Below are positions 60,433 through 64,000 of a stretch of 64,000 nucleotides of DNA, in pieces (the stretch's first letter is position 1; each line of letters starts with the position of its first letter). The position numbers were made by a program, and so were the translations under genes. The notes under the pieces are model-generated. The model did no database searches. It was not told the origin of the DNA and was given only the letters and a program-made list of their open reading frames with translations. Source of the stretch: Kofleriaceae bacterium (GTDB taxonomy: Bacteria > Myxococcota_A > Polyangia > Haliangiales > Haliangiaceae). The stretch is from the NCBI GenBank assembly GCA_965215005.1, contig CBDCCZ010000004.1, positions 128,001 to 192,000 of the forward strand, written 5' to 3'.

Positions 60433-63315
60433 GTGCGTACGCTCATGGTTGCGCTCGCGGTGCTCGTCGCGGCCGCGAGGCCTGCCGCGGCCGGCGACCC
60501 GTTGCGCCACTGGAAGACGCTCGAGACCGCGCACTTCGTGGTGAACTACTACGAGCCGCTGGGCGAGGTCGGCCGCCGCGTCGCGGTGGTCGCGGAGCGC
60601 GCGCACGCCGTGTTGGTACCGGTGTTCGGCCACGAGCCCAATGAGAAGACTCAGATCATCCTGCTCGATAATACCGACGGCGCCAATGGCTTTGCGCGAG
60701 TTCTACCGCGAAATCAAATTACGTTATTTGCGACCGCTCCCAACGGGACCTCGGTGCTCGGCGACTATGACGACTGGCTGTATTTGCTGGTCGCCCACGA
60801 GTACACCCACATCCTCCACCTCGATTCCATTAGCGGCCTGCCGCGCATCGTAAATCGGCTGCTCGGCAAGACCTGGTCGCCAAACCAAATCCAGCCGCGC
60901 TGGGTCATCGAGGGCATCGCCACGTACGAGGAATCCAAGCAGTCCTCGAGCGGTCGCACGCGCAGCGCGCTGTTTCATCAAGAGCTGCGCACCGCCGTGC
61001 TCACCGACGCTGAGCTAGACCTCGACGCGATCACCAGCGGGCCGAGAACCTGGCCCCGCGGCACCGCTGCCTATCTCTACGGCTCGCACTTTCTGCAGTA
61101 CGTCTTCGACCGCTTTGGCCACGATGCGCTCCGCGACTTGAGCTGGACGTATGGCTCACAGCCCGTCCCCTACGGGCTCAATCGGGCGATGCGTGCCGTC
61201 ACCGGCGAGACGTTCGAGCAGCTTTACCGCGACTGGCGCGAGCAGCTGCGAGCCAGATATGAGCTCGAGCTCGAGGCGATCGAGCGTCGCGGTGTTCGCC
61301 AGGGGCGACGTCTAACCTTTCAGACGGAAATCAATGTCAACCCGCAGTACACGCCATCGGGCGATGCCATCGTGTGGCTGCAAGCGGATGGACTCTCTCC
61401 AGCACGGTTTCGCGCGATCCCTCGCGGCAGCAACATCGGTGATGCCTACGAAGTGGCCGACCTCCAGCGCGTAGGTGATTTCGCGATGCTTCGCGATGGC
61501 CGCATGGTCGTCGAGCAGACGGCCATCTATCGCACCGAATACAACTTTCAGGACCTGTTTCTGTGGAGCGGCTCCGAGGACATGACGCGCCTTACCTTGG
61601 GCATGCGTGCCCGCGATCCGGCGGTGAGCCCGGATGAGCGACACGTGGCATTCAGCATGAATCACGCGTCGCAGTCACTGTTGGCGGTGATGCCGCTGCG
61701 CGCCGGCGGCGAGCCCACCGTGCTGTGGCGGGGGGGCCGTTGGGATCAGGTCGATCGCCCGAGCTGGTCTCCCGACGGCCGTCACATCGCCTTCAGCGCC
61801 TGGCGGCAGGGCGGCTTTCGGGACATCTTGATCGTCGATGCTACGACTGGTGAGCTGATCCGCGAGCTCTCGCATGACCGCGCACAAGATCAGGATCCGG
61901 TCTACGGGCCCGATGGCCGGTATCTCTATTTCGCCAGCGATCGCACGGGCATCTACAACATCTACGCATACGACCTGGAAGATGACGAGCTGTATCAAGT
62001 GACGAACGTGGTCGGCGGGGCGCTATCCCCGTCGATATCGCCCGATGGCACTCATTTGGCCTACCAGGCGTTTGTCGGCCGGGGCTGGGACCTCTACGAG
62101 CTCGAGCTCGATCCGCGCAACTGGCTCGAGCCCGAGCTTTACGTCAACGAGAGACCCGCGCCCACGGTCGTTACCGAAGCAGAGGTTGCGCTCCCTGAGC
62201 CGCGCGACTATCGGGCACTCGAGACGCTAGCGCCGCAAGCCTTTACCCTCTCGCTCGGCACCAACGTCTTCGGACCCGCCTTGAGCGTGCAAACCGGCGG
62301 CGGTGATGTCGTGGGACTTCATGCGTATTCCATGGCGGTGACGCTTGGCGGCGAAGCGGACGTCAGTTTTGGCGGCGCCTATTCCTACAATCGCTTCTGG
62401 CCATCGCTGCGGGTTGCGGCGGGCCGCAATGCCAATCGTCGCGGCGGTGTGGTGATCGATGGAGTCAACACCAACTTCGATGAAGACGTCTATCGGCTGA
62501 CGTTTAGCGCTGGGCTGCCGGTGCTGCGGCAGGCGCGCGGTTCTGCCAACATCAACCTCGATTACGACGTCGACTGGTTGCGCAACACCGGCGATGCGTT
62601 CGACGAGCCAGATCCAAACGACACGGTGCCGAGCTTTCCTACCACCGACGCGGTCATCGCCGGTGCTTCGCTGCGTTTCAGCTATTCCGACGTGCGCGGC
62701 GCGGCGTTGGCGCTGGGGCCGCTCGATGGTCAGGAGATATCTGCCTCCGTGCGCTACAACCATCCGGCGTTGGGATCGGATTTTCGCTCGCTCGTGCTTG
62801 GCTACACGTGGCGCGGCTACAAGTCGGTGCCATGGAGCGACCGCAGCTCGCTCAGCCTGCGACTCTCCGGCGGCATCCGCACCGCTGAGTCGGGGCGCGA
62901 GGGCGCGTTCGTGCTCGGCAGTGTCCCGCAACAGAATGTCGTCGACGCCATCATCAACAGCGTGCGCTTCAACAACACCACCTACTTGCGCGGCTATCCC
63001 GTGCGCGCTGCGGTGGGCACGCAGTTTCACCTGGCCAACTTCGAATACCGCCACCTGCTCGGCGATATCGAGCGCGGACTCGGCACCTTGCCGGTTTACG
63101 TGCGGCGGCTGCACGTCGCCGGACTCGTCGATAGTGGCGATGCCTTCGACGGCGAGCTCGATCCCGCGAATCTGAAGGTGTCTGTGGGGGCGGCCCTTCG
63201 ACTCGACGTGGTATTTGGCTACTTCATTCCGGGCTCGTTCGATATCGGCTACGCCCGCGGTCTCACCAGCGGAGGCATCAACGAGACCTGGATGCTACTA
63301 ACGGGAACGCTATGA
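60433..63315 (+). CDS. Omp85/BamA-TamA superfamily protein with an N-terminal HExxH peptidase domain and TolB-like beta-propeller
   Basis: Signal peptide, HEYTH..EGIA, P.WSPDG repeats, and barrel motifs LRGY, NFEYR, VGAALR. Confidence 0.8.
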   Translation: MRTLMVALAVLVAAARPAAAGDPLRHWKTLETAHFVVNYYEPLGEVGRRVAVVAERAHAVLVPVFGHEPNEKTQIILLDNTDGANGFARVLPRNQITLFATAPNGTSVLGDYDDWLYLLVAHEYTHILHLDSISGLPRIVNRLLGKTWSPNQIQPRWVIEGIATYEESKQSSSGRTRSALFHQELRTAVLTDAELDLDAITSGPRTWPRGTAAYLYGSHFLQYVFDRFGHDALRDLSWTYGSQPVPYGLNRAMRAVTGETFEQLYRDWREQLRARYELELEAIERRGVRQGRRLTFQTEINVNPQYTPSGDAIVWLQADGLSPARFRAIPRGSNIGDAYEVADLQRVGDFAMLRDGRMVVEQTAIYRTEYNFQDLFLWSGSEDMTRLTLGMRARDPAVSPDERHVAFSMNHASQSLLAVMPLRAGGEPTVLWRGGRWDQVDRPSWSPDGRHIAFSAWRQGGFRDILIVDATTGELIRELSHDRAQDQDPVYGPDGRYLYFASDRTGIYNIYAYDLEDDELYQVTNVVGGALSPSISPDGTHLAYQAFVGRGWDLYELELDPRNWLEPELYVNERPAPTVVTEAEVALPEPRDYRALETLAPQAFTLSLGTNVFGPALSVQTGGGDVVGLHAYSMAVTLGGEADVSFGGAYSYNRFWPSLRVAAGRNANRRGGVVIDGVNTNFDEDVYRLTFSAGLPVLRQARGSANINLDYDVDWLRNTGDAFDEPDPNDTVPSFPTTDAVIAGASLRFSYSDVRGAALALGPLDGQEISASVRYNHPALGSDFRSLVLGYTWRGYKSVPWSDRSSLSLRLSGGIRTAESGREGAFVLGSVPQQNVVDAIINSVRFNNTTYLRGYPVRAAVGTQFHLANFEYRHLLGDIERGLGTLPVYVRRLHVAGLVDSGDAFDGELDPANLKVSVGAALRLDVVFGYFIPGSFDIGYARGLTSGGINETWMLLTGTL

Positions 63316-64000
63316 GCGGCAGAGATGATGCGTTCGATGATGCGCGGGAGGCGGCTGAGGATGAGAGCTCAGACGTGCTGGCGCTCGAGCTGCGCGCCGT
63401 CGCTGGTGTCTTAGCCAGTGGTGTGGCCGGGCAGATGGCCCACCCGCTGCGGCAGCTGCGCGAGACGTTGGCAGCGATGGTGGAGAGTCTAGATCGCCAC
63501 GTTTCAGGAGCTACCGGTCCAACGCCGCTTGCCTGGAAGGCGGTGCAGGCGTTGCGTCAGGAGCTCGCCGCTGCATATTTGCAGAGCCGCACCGTCGCGA
63601 GATTGGCCGGCGATCTGCACGACAGTGTGAGTCATTTAGCGGGCGCTCCGGCGGCAGTGGATCTCAACAAGCAAGTCGAAGCGGCGCTCAACCTGGCCCG
63701 TCATCGTCTCACCGGCCACACGGAGATCTTCGTCGACCTCGGCTCGGTTCCGCACGTGCGTGCTAGCGAGGGGCCGCTGATCCTTTGCATGGCGCGCGTG
63801 ATGCTGCTGTGCGCCGATTCGGCCAGCGCGATCGATGGCGGCGCGGTCTCCGTGCGCACTCGATATGAGCCGACCCACGAGGTCGTCGTCGCGCTCGCCG
63901 ACAACGGCATTGGCTTGCCAAAGGAAGCAGCGGCGCTGCGCGGGTTGTTGGCACGTATCGCCGAGCGGTTCGGCGGTAGCTTCGAAGGGACGTCGGAGTC
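63312..64000 (+). CDS. Degenerate histidine-kinase-like protein (runs off the window end)
   Basis: ATGA overlap with the upstream stop. Manual translation gives ...GVLASGVAGQMAHPL...VDLNKQVEAALNLA...VSVRT...LADNGIGLP...RFGGSF. Confidence 0.75.
   Translation, partial: MSGRDDAFDDAREAAEDESSDVLALELRAVAGVLASGVAGQMAHPLRQLRETLAAMVESLDRHVSGATGPTPLAWKAVQALRQELAAAYLQSRTVARLAGDLHDSVSHLAGAPAAVDLNKQVEAALNLARHRLTGHTEIFVDLGSVPHVRASEGPLILCMARVMLLCADSASAIDGGAVSVRTRYEPTHEVVVALADNGIGLPKEAAALRGLLARIAERFGGSFEGTSE

Overview
GC-rich bacterial chromosome segment. A MYXO-CTERM sorting signal, a TIGR02266-type PilZ protein, many Cys-rich lipoproteins and a Hanks-type kinase suggest a myxobacterium (Myxococcota); this is inference. 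The window is mostly housekeeping and envelope genes: the tail of a flagellar cluster (fliS, fliT-like) plus fliL, secA, ruvX-mltG, prkA-yeaH-spoVR-PP2C, exbB-exbD-tonB, truD, bamD, mnmG, FadL, MoxR-vWA, and pyrG-rpoN-hpf-ptsN-hprK-rapZ-ptsH-ptsI. The most interesting signals are non-coding. (1) A structured, CTAG-bounded repeat family of about 150 nt (units of 150, 144 and 147 nt, with compensatory base changes). One copy sits in-frame inside a GNAT acetyltransferase and adds 50 codons. (2) A tandem pair of about 120-nt rod-like hairpins, each carrying two GGGGAGGG/CCCUCCCC motifs, a candidate new ncRNA. (3) Overlapping sigma54 and sigma70 sites upstream of rpoN. (4) A histidine-kinase-like protein without its phospho-His. 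Frameshifts in secA, the MoxR ATPase and an OmpA-like gene most likely reflect sequencing indels. All calls come from reading the sequence; no searches were run.
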